DNA of 64,000 nucleotides, taken from NCBI GenBank assembly GCA_963745235.1, contig CAVUXE010000073.1:42932-106931 (forward strand), read 5' to 3'. Below the pieces are notes generated by a model that saw only the letters and a program-made list of their open reading frames with translations, did not search any database and was not told where the DNA came from. Below are positions 41,621 through 52,506 of this stretch, piece by piece (positions within the stretch are counted from its first letter, which is position 1; every line of letters begins with the position of its first letter). This DNA is from an uncultured Spirochaetota bacterium (GTDB lineage: Bacteria > Spirochaetota > Spirochaetia > SZUA-6 > Fen-1364). The translations under genes and the position numbers were made by a program.

Positions 41621-44600
41621 GTGACGCCTTTCGTCCACCTGCATTGCCATTCCGACTTCTCGCTGCTCGACGGGGCATCGTCAATCGATGCCCTTGTTGC
41701 CAGGGCGAAAGAGCTCGGCATGACGCACCTGGCGCTGACCGACCACGGCAACATGTTCGGCGCGCTCGCCTTCTTCAAGGAGTGCCGCAAGGAAGGGATC
41801 ATCCCCATCGTCGGGTCGGAGTTCTACAAGGCGCCCGGCTCGCGGCTGGAGAAGGCGGGAAGCGAAAAGGGGACGCGTCACCATCACCTCGTCCTCCTGG
41901 CGCGCAACGCCGCCGGATATGCAAACCTGCTGCAGCTGTCTTCCCAGGGGTACACGGAGGGCTTCTATTACAAGCCTCGCATCGATGACGAGCTGCTGGA
42001 GAAGCATCACGAAGGGCTGATCGCGCTGAGCGCGTGTCTTGCGGGGGACATCCCGGCGGCAATCCTGGACGGCAGGCAGGGTGAGGCGCGCAAGCGCGCC
42101 GGGTACTACCGCGAGCTCTTCGGGCCGGACGGGTTCTATCTAGAGGTGCAGGACCACGGTATTCCCGAGCAGCGGACGGTCAACCGTGAGATCCTCCGGA
42201 TATCCCGTGAGACGGGGATTCCGCTGGCGGCCACGAATGACATCCATTACACGCATCGGGATGACGCGCGCGCGCATGATGTGCTGATCTGCATCGGGAC
42301 GGGCAAGAAGGTCTCCGAGGGAAAACGCATGAAGTTCGAGCACCCGGAGTTCTACTTCAAGTCCGGCGATGAGATGGCGCAGGTCTTCGCCGAGCTTCCC
42401 GAGGCGGTCGCCAATACGGTGCGGATCGCCGAAGCATGCCGGCTGGACATCCAGCCGCAGCGTCCCCAGTTCCCTGTCTACGATGTGCCGGCCGGCCAGA
42501 CCCCCGAGGGGTTCCTGGCTGACCTCGCCCGCGCGGGCCTTGCGGAACGGTTCTCCCCCGTGCCTCCGGAGGCGGCAAAGCGGCTCGAGTACGAGCTTTC
42601 CATCATCACATCGATGGGGTTCACCGGTTACTTCCTCATTGTCTGGGACTTCATCCACTACGCAAAGTCCAACGGAATTGCCGTCGGCCCGGGGCGCGGC
42701 TCGGGGGCGGGGTCCCTCGTTGCCTACAGCCTTCGGATCACGGATATCGATCCCCTGAAATACGGCCTCCTGTTCGAGCGTTTCCTCAATCCCGAGCGCG
42801 TATCCATGCCGGACTTCGACATCGATTTCTGTCATAGACGGCGCGACGAAGTCATTTCCTACGTGACGAAGAAATACGGTGAGGACAAGGTCGGGCAGGT
42901 CATCACCTTCGGGACCCTGAAGGCGCGGGCGGTCATCCGGGACGTGGCGCGCGTGCTGGACCTTCCCTACGAGGAGGCTGACGCCATTGCGAAGCTGATC
43001 CCCGAGGGCCCGAAGATCGACCTGGACCAGGCCCTGAAAGGCAACCCCCAGCTGGAGGCCGTGGCAAAGAAGGGGGACCAGTACAAGGAGCTCCTCGACA
43101 TCAGCCTGAAGCTCGAAGGTCTCCACCGCCATGCCTCCACGCACGCGGCGGGGATCGTGATCGGACGCGAGCAGCTCACCCGCTACGTCCCGCTGTACCG
43201 CGACCCCAAGACCGGCCTCGTCTCCACCCAGTACACCATGGACTTCCTGGAGGAATGCGGTCTCATCAAGATGGACTTTCTCGGGCTGAAGACGCTCACG
43301 GTGATCGAGGATGCGCTCAAGCTCGTCAACAGGAAGGGAGTGGCACTCAGACCTCAAGAGCATCCCGGAGAATGACCCGGCCACCTTCCGGATGTTCTGC
43401 GAGGGCAAGAGCACCGGGGCTTTCCAGTTTGAAAGCTCGGGGATGCAGGGGGTCCTCAAGAAAGCGAAGCCGGGCCGGATCGAGGACCTGATTGCCCTCA
43501 ACGCACTGTATCGCCCGGGGGCAATGGAGCACATCGACACGTTCGTGGAGAACAAGTCAGGCAGGAAGCGCATCGAGTACCCGCTGCCGGCCCTGGAGTC
43601 GGTCCTGAAAGAAACCTACGGCGTGACGGTCTACCAGGAACAGGTCATGCAGATTGCGCAGGTGGTGGCGGGGTTCACCCTCGGGCAGGCTGACATACTC
43701 CGCCGGGCAATGGGAAAGAAGAAGCCGGAGGAAGCCCTCAAGATGAAGCCGAAGTTCATCTCGGGAGCCCGGGAAAAAGGATACGACCAGAAGACAGCGG
43801 AGCGCATCTTCGAGCTGCTCTTCGCGTTCACGGGGTACGGCTTCAACAAGAGCCACTCGGCGGCGTACGCAATTCCCGCCTACCAGACCATCTACCTCAA
43901 GGCGAACCACCCCGCGGAGTTCCTTGCGGCCAACTGCACCAACGACATGAGCGACACGGACAGGCTGGCCCAGCTCATCCACGAGGCGCGGGAGATGGGG
44001 ATCACGGTCCTTCCTCCGGACGTGAACCTTTCCCAGAAGGAGTTCACGGTTGAAGACGGCAGCATTGTGTTCGGCCTCCTCGGGATCAAGAACGTCGGGG
44101 CCGGAGCGGTGGATGCCATCATCGCGGAGAGAGAGGCGGGCGGGAAGTTCGCGAGCTTTGTCGACTTCTTCGACAGGATCGATTCTCACGAGGTCAACCG
44201 GAAGGTGGCCGAAAGCCTCATCATCACGGGAGCATTCGACAGCCTCGGAGAGGCTCGCGCCACGCTCATGCACGAGGTGCAGAGGGTGATGGATGGCGCC
44301 GCAAAGAACCGGGAAGCGCGCCGCTACGGCCAGGCCTCCCTGTTCGAGGGCGCCTCGGCCCAGGCTGCCGCGGCCGTGGCGCTCGACACGCAGCCGGAGT
44401 GGCCGCCCGCGGAGCTCTTGAAATATGAAAAGGAGAACCTCGGGTTCTTCTTCAGCGGGCATCCCCTGGACCCGTATCGTGCCATCATTGAGCGCTCCGC
44501 GAGCATGGACCTGTCGAAAAAGGAAGGTCTCTCCAACGAGCGCGCCTGCGCCCTCATCGGGATCCTCCGCGACCTGCGCGAGATACGGACCAGGAACGGC

Positions 44601-45041
44601 CGCACAATGGCGTTCGCGCAGCTGGAGGACTACCGTGGGTCGATTGAACTTATCATTTTTTCCGATATATATGATGCCAGACGTTCCCTGCTGGCAAACG
44701 ACAGGGTGGTCGGCATCCTTGGGAAAATCGATACGACGAGGGGGGACCCGAAAGTGAAGGTTGACGACATCGTGGAGCCCGGAGCGCTTCCCCAGCGAGC
44801 CGCCCAGGCGGTGCACGTGAGGCTCAGGGACGAGGTGGGCACCGAGGAAAGCCTCCACACCATGCGGGAGTATCTCCTGGACAGGCGAGGGTCGTGCTTC
44901 CTCTACTTTCACCTGAGCGGGAGCAACGGCACCCCCGAGGTCGTCGTCCAGGCATCGTCACAGATCCAGGTGGCGGACTCCCAGGACGTGCTGGATCACA
45001 TCCGCGAGTTCCCGCAGGTGGCGGATGTATGGAAAGAGTAA
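41621..45041 (+). CDS. dnaE: DNA polymerase III alpha subunit; +1 indel near 43346
   Basis: HLHCHSDFSLLDG, GRGSGAGS, PDFDIDF, KMDFLGL, YGFNKSH, OB fold. Confidence 0.96.
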
Positions 45042-46354
45042 GGATCGGCCTCGTCGGGTTCGGAACGGTCGGCCAGAGCTTCTACAACCTCCTCACCTGC
45101 AACGCCAGCGAGTTCGCCCAGAGGCTCGGAGTGGCCGTGGAGGTCCCTTACATCGGCGTTCGGGATGCCTCGCGGCCGCGGGCGGTGGGCCCTGGCACCC
45201 GCCTCGTCAACGGCTGGAAGGAGATCGTCGCCGACCCCTCGCTTCCCATCGTCGTGGAGCTCGCCGGAGGCATCGACAGCCCGCTGGCCCTCATCCGGGA
45301 GGCGCTTTCCCGGGGGAAGCACGTCATCACCGCGAACAAGGCGCTTCTTTCCGCGCACGGCCAGGAGCTCTTCGAGCTTGCCAGCGCGAACGGCGTCGAG
45401 CTGAAGTTCGAGGGGGCGGTCTGCGGCGGGATACCGATCGTAAAAGTGCTGCGGGAAAGCCTCATGGGGAACAGGGTGAGGAGCATCGTCGGGATCGTCA
45501 ACGGCACAACGAACTATATCCTCACGCGCATGACCGAGCAGAAGCTTTCCTTCGGCGATGCTCTGGCGCAGGCGCAGGCGCAGGGCTTCGCGGAGGCCGA
45601 TCCGACCCTCGACATCGGAGGGAAAGACGCAGCGCAGAAGATCGGGCTCCTCGCGAGCATCGCCTTTGGGTGCTGGATCGATCCGGAGGACATCCTCTGC
45701 GAAGGGATAACGGATGTCACCACGAAGGACATCGCGTTCTGCCTGGAGAGCGGGTTCGTCTTCAAGCTCGTGGCGCAGGCTCGCCTCCTTGACGGCAAGC
45801 CCCTGGTGACCGTGTTCCCCATGCTCGTCCCGCTGGACCATCCCCTTGCATCGGTCCGCAATGAGTTCAACGGCGTCCTGGTGGACTCGGACTTCCTGGG
45901 CCCGTCGGTCTACGAAGGCAGGGGAGCCGGCGGGAAGCCAACGGCCTCCTCGGTCGCCTCGGACCTCGGGGACCTGCTGAAGTCCATCCTGTCCCGCCAC
46001 GTGGCCAGGAAGCGCGCCGCGCTTCCGAAGGCGGATCCTTTCCCTGTTGGACGGATGAGCTCCCGCTACTACTTCCATTTTGTCACGGCCAACAGGCCGG
46101 GCATCTGGGCCCTCGTGACCGGGATCTGCGCGGACGACGCGATCAATATCGAGAGCGTGCACCAGAAATGGGAGGATAAGTCGAAGCCCTCCGACCTGTA
46201 CGTCCTTGTCGATGAGGCGGAGGAGGCACAGGTGCGTCGCGCTTTCGCGAGGATAGTTGCCTCTGACGGGATTTTTCCGCAGTCGCACTACTTCCGGGTC
46301 CTTGCCGGAGCCGTGACGCCTCCTGATGCGCTCCCCGATGGAGGACCGGCATGA
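45029..46354 (+). CDS. hom: Homoserine dehydrogenase with ACT domain
   Basis: GFGTVG, TANKAL, CGGIP, NGTTNYILT, AEADPT.D..G.DAA.K, GRGAG..PTAS. Confidence 0.93.
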   Translation: MERVRIGLVGFGTVGQSFYNLLTCNASEFAQRLGVAVEVPYIGVRDASRPRAVGPGTRLVNGWKEIVADPSLPIVVELAGGIDSPLALIREALSRGKHVITANKALLSAHGQELFELASANGVELKFEGAVCGGIPIVKVLRESLMGNRVRSIVGIVNGTTNYILTRMTEQKLSFGDALAQAQAQGFAEADPTLDIGGKDAAQKIGLLASIAFGCWIDPEDILCEGITDVTTKDIAFCLESGFVFKLVAQARLLDGKPLVTVFPMLVPLDHPLASVRNEFNGVLVDSDFLGPSVYEGRGAGGKPTASSVASDLGDLLKSILSRHVARKRAALPKADPFPVGRMSSRYYFHFVTANRPGIWALVTGICADDAINIESVHQKWEDKSKPSDLYVLVDEAEEAQVRRAFARIVASDGIFPQSHYFRVLAGAVTPPDALPDGGPA

Positions 46355-47016
46355 TAGACCTGCACACGCACACGTTCCTCAGCGATGGCGAGCTTGGGCC
46401 CGCGGAGCTGGTGCGCCGGGCGGAGAACGCCGGCTATCGCGCAATCGGGATCTCCGATCACGCCGACGCATCCAACCTGGACGACATCATCTCCGCGCTG
46501 GTGCGCTTTGCGCGGGAGACGCAGCCCTTCATGAAGATCCGCATCATTCCGGGCGTCGAGCTCACCCATGTGCCGCCCGGCCAGATCAACGGGCTGGTCA
46601 AACGCGCGCGCCAACTGGGTGCCCGGCTGGTCATCCTTCACGGGGAGACCATCTGCGAGCCGGTGGCGCTGGGGACCAACAGGGCCGGGATCGAAGCGGG
46701 TGTGGACGTGCTTGCGCACCCGGGGCTCATTTCTGAGGAAGAAGTCCGCATGGCGGCGAGCGCCGGAGTGCACCTGGAGGTCACGGCGCGGCTGTCCCAC
46801 GGGATGGGCAACGGCCGGGTGGTGAGCCTTGCCCGGGAGGCCGGGGCGCCGCTCGTGCTGGATTCGGACGCCCATGCGCCCGGTGACCTGCTGAGCCCCG
46901 ACTGGCGGGAACGGGTGGCCTTCGGCTCCGGTCTCACCGCTGATGAGCTGGACAGGATCAACAAGACCATGATCTCCCTGGTGGAGAAGCTGGTCCCTTC
47001 GACGTTCTTTACTTGA
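46351..47016 (+). CDS. PHP-domain phosphoesterase (histidinol-phosphatase-like)
   Basis: DLHTHT..SDG, SDH, GVELTH, HGET, LAHPG, DSDAH. Confidence 0.88.
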   Translation: MIDLHTHTFLSDGELGPAELVRRAENAGYRAIGISDHADASNLDDIISALVRFARETQPFMKIRIIPGVELTHVPPGQINGLVKRARQLGARLVILHGETICEPVALGTNRAGIEAGVDVLAHPGLISEEEVRMAASAGVHLEVTARLSHGMGNGRVVSLAREAGAPLVLDSDAHAPGDLLSPDWRERVAFGSGLTADELDRINKTMISLVEKLVPSTFFT

Positions 47017-47018
47017 AA

Positions 47019-47106
47019 AACGGGAGTACCCGTTCGGGGAGTCGGCCGTGCGGGAGGTTCCGTGAGTACGCCGTGCGGGAGTACCCGTTCGGCGAGTACG
47101 CCGTGC
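47019..47106. repeat. Degenerate ~15-bp intergenic repeat cluster
   Basis: CGGGAGTACCCGTTCGG at 47021 and 47076; GAGTACGCCGTGC at 47064 and 47094. Confidence 0.75.
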
Positions 47107-47147
47107 TCGGATGCACGGCAGCGAGCCCGCGACCTGGAGGTTGAATC

Positions 47148-47732
47148 GTGCAAGTGCTGCAAGTGGTGTATGCGATCATCATCGTCTATGTGCTCGTGCT
47201 CTCCGTGCGCATTGTCATGGGTTGGTTTGCGCCTCAGGCGCTCGGCAGGGCATGGGAGCTTTTGCGTGCCGTAACCGACCCGTACCTCGACCTTTTCCGC
47301 CGCATCCGGTTTCTCCGCGGCGGCATGTTCGATTTCAGCCCCATTGCCGCTGTCCTGGTCCTGGTCCTTGCGGCGGACCTTATTGGCCAGCTCGTGAACT
47401 GGGGCAGGATCACCGTGGGCTTCTTCCTCGCCTCCGCATTCGCCGCGGCATGGTCGGGGGCGCGCTTCCTCCTGCTCCTGTTTCTTATCGTTGGCCTGAT
47501 CCGGATGATCCCGCTTCTGTTCCGCAGCAGCGCCGGCGCCGGGATCTGGAGGGTGGTGGACCTCATCATCCAGCCTCTCGTTGCGTGGGTCATGCGCGTT
47601 TTCAACCTGGGGCGGAGGACGGGATATATGCAGCACCTCCTTCTGACGGTGGGCCTTCTTTTTGTCGCCTGGCTCCTCGGAGAGTTCGTGGTACGACAGA
47701 TCGTCTACGGACTGTCGCTCCTGCCGTTCTGA
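47148..47732 (+). CDS. YggT-family membrane protein
   Basis: TDPYL..FR, FDFSPI, second DLIIQPL repeat; GGAGG SD. Confidence 0.85.
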   Translation: MQVLQVVYAIIIVYVLVLSVRIVMGWFAPQALGRAWELLRAVTDPYLDLFRRIRFLRGGMFDFSPIAAVLVLVLAADLIGQLVNWGRITVGFFLASAFAAAWSGARFLLLLFLIVGLIRMIPLLFRSSAGAGIWRVVDLIIQPLVAWVMRVFNLGRRTGYMQHLLLTVGLLFVAWLLGEFVVRQIVYGLSLLPF

Positions 47733-47758
47733 ACCGGGAGGGCGGGGAAGAGCGGCGC

Positions 47759-49855
47759 GTGTTCCTCTGGGAGCTGAACCGGGAGGTATCCTCTCTGCGG
47801 GGGGTGGGACCGGCCGCGGCGGAACGCCTTGAGCGGCTCGGAGTGCGCGCGGTGCGTGACCTGCTCCTTCTCCTTCCGCGCGGGTACGAGGACAGGACGG
47901 CGTTCACGCCCCTGAACCGGGCTGCATCCGCGGAAAAGGTTGCCGTTGTCGCCACTGTCACCTCGGTCACCGAGATCGGGTGGGCGGCCCGCGGCCGGGC
48001 GCGAACCCCCAAGGCCATCGTGACGGACGACAGCGCGGAGGCGAGCCTCGTGTGCTTCGGCAGGCCGTTTCTCCGGTCGGTCCTGGTGCCGGGCGGAAAG
48101 TTCTTCATCTGGGGGCACTTCCAGCTGCGCGCCGGGGAGCTTTCCTGCGCGGACTTCGAGCTGGAGCCATGGAGCGATGCCCCCGTTTCCTTCGGCCGGA
48201 TCCTTCCCCTGTATCCCTTGACCGAAGGCCTGACGCAACCGGGCCTGAGAAAGATCGTGCACGCTGCCCTGGATGCGGCCCTCCCGGAAATCGAACCGGG
48301 CCTTCCTGACTCCCTGAGGCGCGCTCGCGGGTTCCTCCCTGTCGGTGAAGCGCTGCGGGGCGCGCATTTTCCTTCGAGCCTCGCGGAAGGGGAGAGCTGC
48401 CGCGCAGCCCTGGCGTACGAGGAGCTTTTCTATTTCGAGATGGGAGTCCTGCGCCGCGCGCGCGCCCTGGCTGTCCCCCGGCGTGCCAGGCGCCCGGCGA
48501 ATCCGGCCCTGCGGGACGGGCTCCTTGCCCGGTTGCCGTTCAGCCTGACCGCTGACCAGGAGAACGTGGTCTCCGAGATCGAGGGAGACCTTTCCTCCTC
48601 CGTGCCCATGGCCCGCCTCCTGCAAGGAGACGTGGGGTGCGGCAAGACGCTTGTAGCCCTGCTTGCGGCTCTCCTGGTGGCAGGCTCGGGGGAGCAGGTT
48701 GCTTTTGTCGCGCCGACGGAGCTTCTTGCCCGCCAGCACGCGGAAAGCGCGGCCCGGCTCGTCGAGCCGCTGGGGGTCAGGATTGCATTCCTCTCGGGGA
48801 CCGTGACGGGAGAGCCCCGTGCCCTCCTGCTGCACGCCCTGGCCGCCGGGGAGATCGACATCCTTTTCGGCACGCATGCCCTGTTCTCGGACGACGTGAC
48901 CTACCGGAACCTCGGGCTTGTCATCATTGACGAGCAGCACAAGTTCGGGGTGCTGCAGCGCCAGGCTCTCGTGAAGAAAGGGGAGTCTCCCGACCTTCTC
49001 CTCATGACAGCCACTCCCATTCCCCGCACGCTTGCCCTCACGGCATTCGGGGATCTTGACGTATCCACCATCCGTGCGATGCCCCCGGGGCGCCTGCCGG
49101 TCATTACACACCTCGCGCGGGAAGGCAACGAGGAGAAGGTCTATCGCTGGGTGCAGGGAGAGCTTCAGAAGGGCAGGCAGGCGTATTTCGTGTACCCGCT
49201 CATCGGGGAATCCGAATCCCTCGCGGTGAAAGACGCCGAGTCCGCGTTTCGAACGCTTGCCGACCAGGTGTACCCGGATGTCGCGGTTGCGCTTGTCCAT
49301 TCCCGGGTTGCAGAAGAAGAGATGGAGAAGATCATGGCGGGGTTTGCCTCCGGGAAGCTCAGTATCCTGGTGGCAACGAGCGTGGTCGAGGTGGGCGTCG
49401 ACATCCCGAACGCAACCTGCATGGTCATCGAGCACGCGGAGCGCTTCGGCCTCTCCACCCTCCACCAGCTTCGGGGCCGTGTCGGCAGGGGCGCGGAGCA
49501 GTCCTACGCGTTCCTCGTCTACGGCAGGAAGCTCACCGCGGAAGGGATCGAACGTCTCAAGATCATGAAGGAGACGACGGACGGCTTTCTCATCGCGGAG
49601 CGGGACATGCGCCTGCGCGGTCCCGGCGAGCTCCTGGGCGTCCGCCAGAGCGGCTTTCTCAACTTCCGCGTTGCCGACCTGCTCGTGGATGGGCCGATGC
49701 TGGTCTCCGCCCGGGAAGACGCGGGCAGGGTTCTCAAGGAGGACCCCGGCCTCCTCTTGCCGGGCAACGTGGCAATTGCACGCATGCTCGCGGCCGGGGC
49801 ATGGGGGAGCGGCTCGCTGGATACCGGGGGAAGACCGGTGGAGCCCGTGCTGTGA
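47759..49855 (+). CDS. recG: ATP-dependent DNA helicase RecG
   Basis: PRGYEDR, QGDVGCGKT, DEQHKFG, MTATPIPRT, HQLRGRVGRG, RGPGELLG. Confidence 0.95.
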   Translation: MFLWELNREVSSLRGVGPAAAERLERLGVRAVRDLLLLLPRGYEDRTAFTPLNRAASAEKVAVVATVTSVTEIGWAARGRARTPKAIVTDDSAEASLVCFGRPFLRSVLVPGGKFFIWGHFQLRAGELSCADFELEPWSDAPVSFGRILPLYPLTEGLTQPGLRKIVHAALDAALPEIEPGLPDSLRRARGFLPVGEALRGAHFPSSLAEGESCRAALAYEELFYFEMGVLRRARALAVPRRARRPANPALRDGLLARLPFSLTADQENVVSEIEGDLSSSVPMARLLQGDVGCGKTLVALLAALLVAGSGEQVAFVAPTELLARQHAESAARLVEPLGVRIAFLSGTVTGEPRALLLHALAAGEIDILFGTHALFSDDVTYRNLGLVIIDEQHKFGVLQRQALVKKGESPDLLLMTATPIPRTLALTAFGDLDVSTIRAMPPGRLPVITHLAREGNEEKVYRWVQGELQKGRQAYFVYPLIGESESLAVKDAESAFRTLADQVYPDVAVALVHSRVAEEEMEKIMAGFASGKLSILVATSVVEVGVDIPNATCMVIEHAERFGLSTLHQLRGRVGRGAEQSYAFLVYGRKLTAEGIERLKIMKETTDGFLIAERDMRLRGPGELLGVRQSGFLNFRVADLLVDGPMLVSAREDAGRVLKEDPGLLLPGNVAIARMLAAGAWGSGSLDTGGRPVEPVL

Positions 49856-50379
49856 GGGTGACCGGGGGCTCCTACAGGGGACGGAACATCCTCTGTCCGC
49901 CCGGGATCATCCGCCCGTCCATGGACAGGATGCGCCAATCCCTGTTCTCCATCCTTGGCGACATGGAGGGGCTGTCATTCCTCGACCTGTTCAGCGGAAC
50001 CGGCATCATCGGCGTTGAAGCGGCCTCCCGGGGGGCGAGGCCGGTCCTCCTTGTCGAAAAGGACGCAAGGAAACGGGGCACGATTCAGAAAAACATTGCC
50101 TTCGTGGAAACTCACATCGAGCTCGTGACCTCGCCTGTGGAGCGATTTCTGGCGAATGATCGAAGACAGTGGGACCTCATCTTCCTGGATCCGCCTTTCG
50201 ACTTCGCGACCAAGGGGGAGGTCCTGGACGAGGCCTGCCCTCACCTTGCCGCGGAAGGACTGGCGATCATCCACCTGCATTCGGCTGAGAAGCTGCCGAC
50301 GGAACGCCCCGGGCTCGAGCTTGCGGATCGCAGGACGTATGGGCAGTCCCTCCTGCTGTTCTTCCGCCACGCCCCCTGA
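49852..50379 (+). CDS. rsmD: 16S rRNA m2G966 methyltransferase
   Basis: RVTGG.YRG, IRPSMDRMR.SLF, LDLFSGTG, FLDPPF, YG. Confidence 0.92.
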   Translation: MRVTGGSYRGRNILCPPGIIRPSMDRMRQSLFSILGDMEGLSFLDLFSGTGIIGVEAASRGARPVLLVEKDARKRGTIQKNIAFVETHIELVTSPVERFLANDRRQWDLIFLDPPFDFATKGEVLDEACPHLAAEGLAIIHLHSAEKLPTERPGLELADRRTYGQSLLLFFRHAP

Positions 50380-50589
50380 GAAGTTTACCTCCGCGGTACT
50401 GGCAACTTTGGGTACATTGACTGCACCTCAGGACTTGCGAGGTCGCCAGTGCGACTTGTCCGGACCGTGATATGGTACTATTGTGACGCTTCATCCGGTG
50501 AGCGTCGTGGGCAGGCGAATTCTGATTCGGCTGGGGCGGGAAGTCACCAGGGCAAGGTGGCAACGCGCTCCCGCTTTGGGGGCCGCAGA

Positions 50590-51012
50590 ATGAGAATTGC
50601 GATCAAAGTGCCAACCAGGAATGACATCCTCCGCAGGGCTCAAGACATTGCCGTTTCTCGCGACGGAGAGCCCTGGAGCAAGGAGTGCCTGGGAAGGTTC
50701 GCGGACATGAACGGCGTGTACGTCCATTGTTCCGGCAAGAAGATCCTCTACGTCGGCAAGACCACCCGGGGGAACTATGGGACCTTCGGCGAGCGCTTGA
50801 GCCGGGAGCTCCAGAAAAAAGCGTCCGGGGACAGCAGCCTCTACAGGCTCCTTTGCAGCCAGAGGAAGGTCACGACTGCTTTCATCCCGCTTCCGGAGGT
50901 CGAAAAAAGGACCCTTGCGAAAGGGCTGTCCAGGGAAGACCTGGCCATCCTGTTCGAGCGGGCGTTGATCGCTGTCTTCAAGCCGAGTGGAAACAGCGGC
51001 CCCGCCGCCTGA
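50590..51012 (+). CDS. Small GIY-YIG-like nuclease
   Basis: GVY..(9)..YVG, Arg in GERL, Glu in FERALI, KPSGN. Confidence 0.65.
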   Translation: MRIAIKVPTRNDILRRAQDIAVSRDGEPWSKECLGRFADMNGVYVHCSGKKILYVGKTTRGNYGTFGERLSRELQKKASGDSSLYRLLCSQRKVTTAFIPLPEVEKRTLAKGLSREDLAILFERALIAVFKPSGNSGPAA

Positions 51013-51092
51013 GGAACCCGAGAGAACGGCCGGTTCCGGGAGTCATCCATGGCGACCAGAACCGTTGCCCGTGCTACGATACCGCCAGGCTT

Positions 51093-51650
51093 ATGGCAGC
51101 TTCCCCATGGACCCAGGAGTCGTACCTCAAGGCGTTTCGGTTTGCGGCGAAGGCCCACAGCGGGCAGACCGTGACAGGAACCGAGCTCCCCTACCTGGCG
51201 CACGTGACAATGGTCGCCATGGAGGTGATGGCCGCGCTGGCCACGGAGCAAGGACTCGACGGGGACCTCGCGGTGCAGTGCGCGCTCCTGCACGATGTGA
51301 TCGAGGACACGCACGTGAGTTCCGTTGAGCTTGGACGGGAGTTTGGACCCGCTCTTGCGCGCGGGGTCATGGCACTGAGCAAAGACCCGGGCCTCCCCGA
51401 GTCAGCGCAGCTGCGGGACAGCCTCCGGAGAATCAGCGCGGAGCCGAGGGAAGTCTGGATTGTGAAGCTTGCAGATCGCATCACCAACCTTCAGCCTCCT
51501 CCACGGCGCTGGAGCAGGGAGAAGATAGTCGTCTACCGGCAGGAAGCGAAAGAGATCCTGGACACCCTCGGCGCAGCAAGTCGAGTGCTTGGGGAACGGC
51601 TGGCGGAAAAGATCGCGCGATACGCGGACTTTGCGAAGGCGTCGGTCTGA
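51093..51650 (+). CDS. HD-domain small alarmone hydrolase (Mesh1-like)
   Basis: AH.GQ, PYLAH, ALLHDVIEDT, VKLADRITNL. Confidence 0.85.
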   Translation: MAASPWTQESYLKAFRFAAKAHSGQTVTGTELPYLAHVTMVAMEVMAALATEQGLDGDLAVQCALLHDVIEDTHVSSVELGREFGPALARGVMALSKDPGLPESAQLRDSLRRISAEPREVWIVKLADRITNLQPPPRRWSREKIVVYRQEAKEILDTLGAASRVLGERLAEKIARYADFAKASV

Positions 51651-51688
51651 GCTTTTCGCAAGCCCTTCATCGGTCGTATCTTCAGTGC

Positions 51689-52234
51689 GTGAAACCCTTG
51701 AAGCACTCGGCGATTCTTGCTGGCTTTGCCGCTGTCGCCTTGATCCTTTCATCGTGCGCCGGCTCTCCGCAGGGGGCGCAGGCGGGGGGGCAATTCGTGG
51801 CTCATCTGTCACCGGCCAAAGACGCGCAGTCTCAGGCTCAAGGTGAGGCCACTTTCCAGCTTTCCCCTGAGGGGAACAGCCTCAGCTATGAGCTTTCCGT
51901 ATCGAACCTCATGAACGTCACGATGGCGCACATTCACGTGTCAGCGGCCGCGGGGCAGTCGGGAGACATTGCGGTGTGGCTTTACCCTGCCAAACCGCCC
52001 ATGGTCCTCAAGGAAGGAACGTTCAGCGGGGTCCTGGCGCAGGGCACCATCACCGCGAGCAACCTTGAAGGGCCGCTCGCAAACGGAAGCATTTCGGACC
52101 TGGTTGACCGCATCAGGAAGGGCCTGGCCTATGTGAACGTCCACACGAGCCAGTACCCCGGCGGTGAGATCCAGGGGACGATTGTGGCTCCCGCGGGGAA
52201 AGGTGGGACGGATCAGACACCCAGCAAGTATTAG
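51689..52234 (+). CDS. CHRD-domain lipoprotein
   Basis: Lipobox LSSC; AHIH, YVNVHT..PGGEIQG. Confidence 0.88.
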   Translation: MKPLKHSAILAGFAAVALILSSCAGSPQGAQAGGQFVAHLSPAKDAQSQAQGEATFQLSPEGNSLSYELSVSNLMNVTMAHIHVSAAAGQSGDIAVWLYPAKPPMVLKEGTFSGVLAQGTITASNLEGPLANGSISDLVDRIRKGLAYVNVHTSQYPGGEIQGTIVAPAGKGGTDQTPSKY

Positions 52235-52314
52235 ACGCCGAGCTCTGGCGACACGTCATCCGTAGACAAAGCGGCCCAAAAGTGATTATCCTTCCTTGTT
52301 GAAAAAAGCCTGAT

Positions 52315-52387
52315 GCCCTTGTAGCTCAGTCGGTAGAGCACCTCCTTGGTAAGGAGGGGGTCAGCGGTTCAAATCCGCTCGAGGGCT
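52315..52387 (+). tRNA. tRNA-Thr(GGT)
   Basis: Acceptor GCCCTTG/CGAGGGC; anticodon stem CCTCC-TTGGTAA-GGAGG; TTCAAAT loop; CCA not encoded. Confidence 0.96.
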
Positions 52388-52446
52388 CGAGATGGACGGT
52401 GCGGGAAAGGCTGCTCCGTTCCAGGAAAGGCAGAATCCGCGACCAC

Positions 52447-52476
52447 TTGACACTCATGGCTTCATGTATATAAATT
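52447..52476 (+). promoter_or_regulatory. Promoter of the rpmG-secE-nusG operon
   Basis: TTGACA followed by AT-rich TATATAAATT at about 17-18 bp. Confidence 0.6.
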
Positions 52477-52506
52477 TGTCGTTCAACCTACTCCAGGGAG
52501 ATACGA

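Noticed and set aside
43335-43355. Split dnaE (intein or programmed frameshift)
   Set aside because: No intein motifs or slippery heptamer; removing one A restores VALDLKSIP
47111-47758. N-terminally extended 914-aa RecG
   Set aside because: The extension overlaps yggT in another frame; the RecG-like sequence begins at GTG 47759
52235-52506. tRNA-Thr as the integration site of a mobile island
   Set aside because: No integrase or duplicated tRNA end; the accessory genes lie 5' of the tRNA
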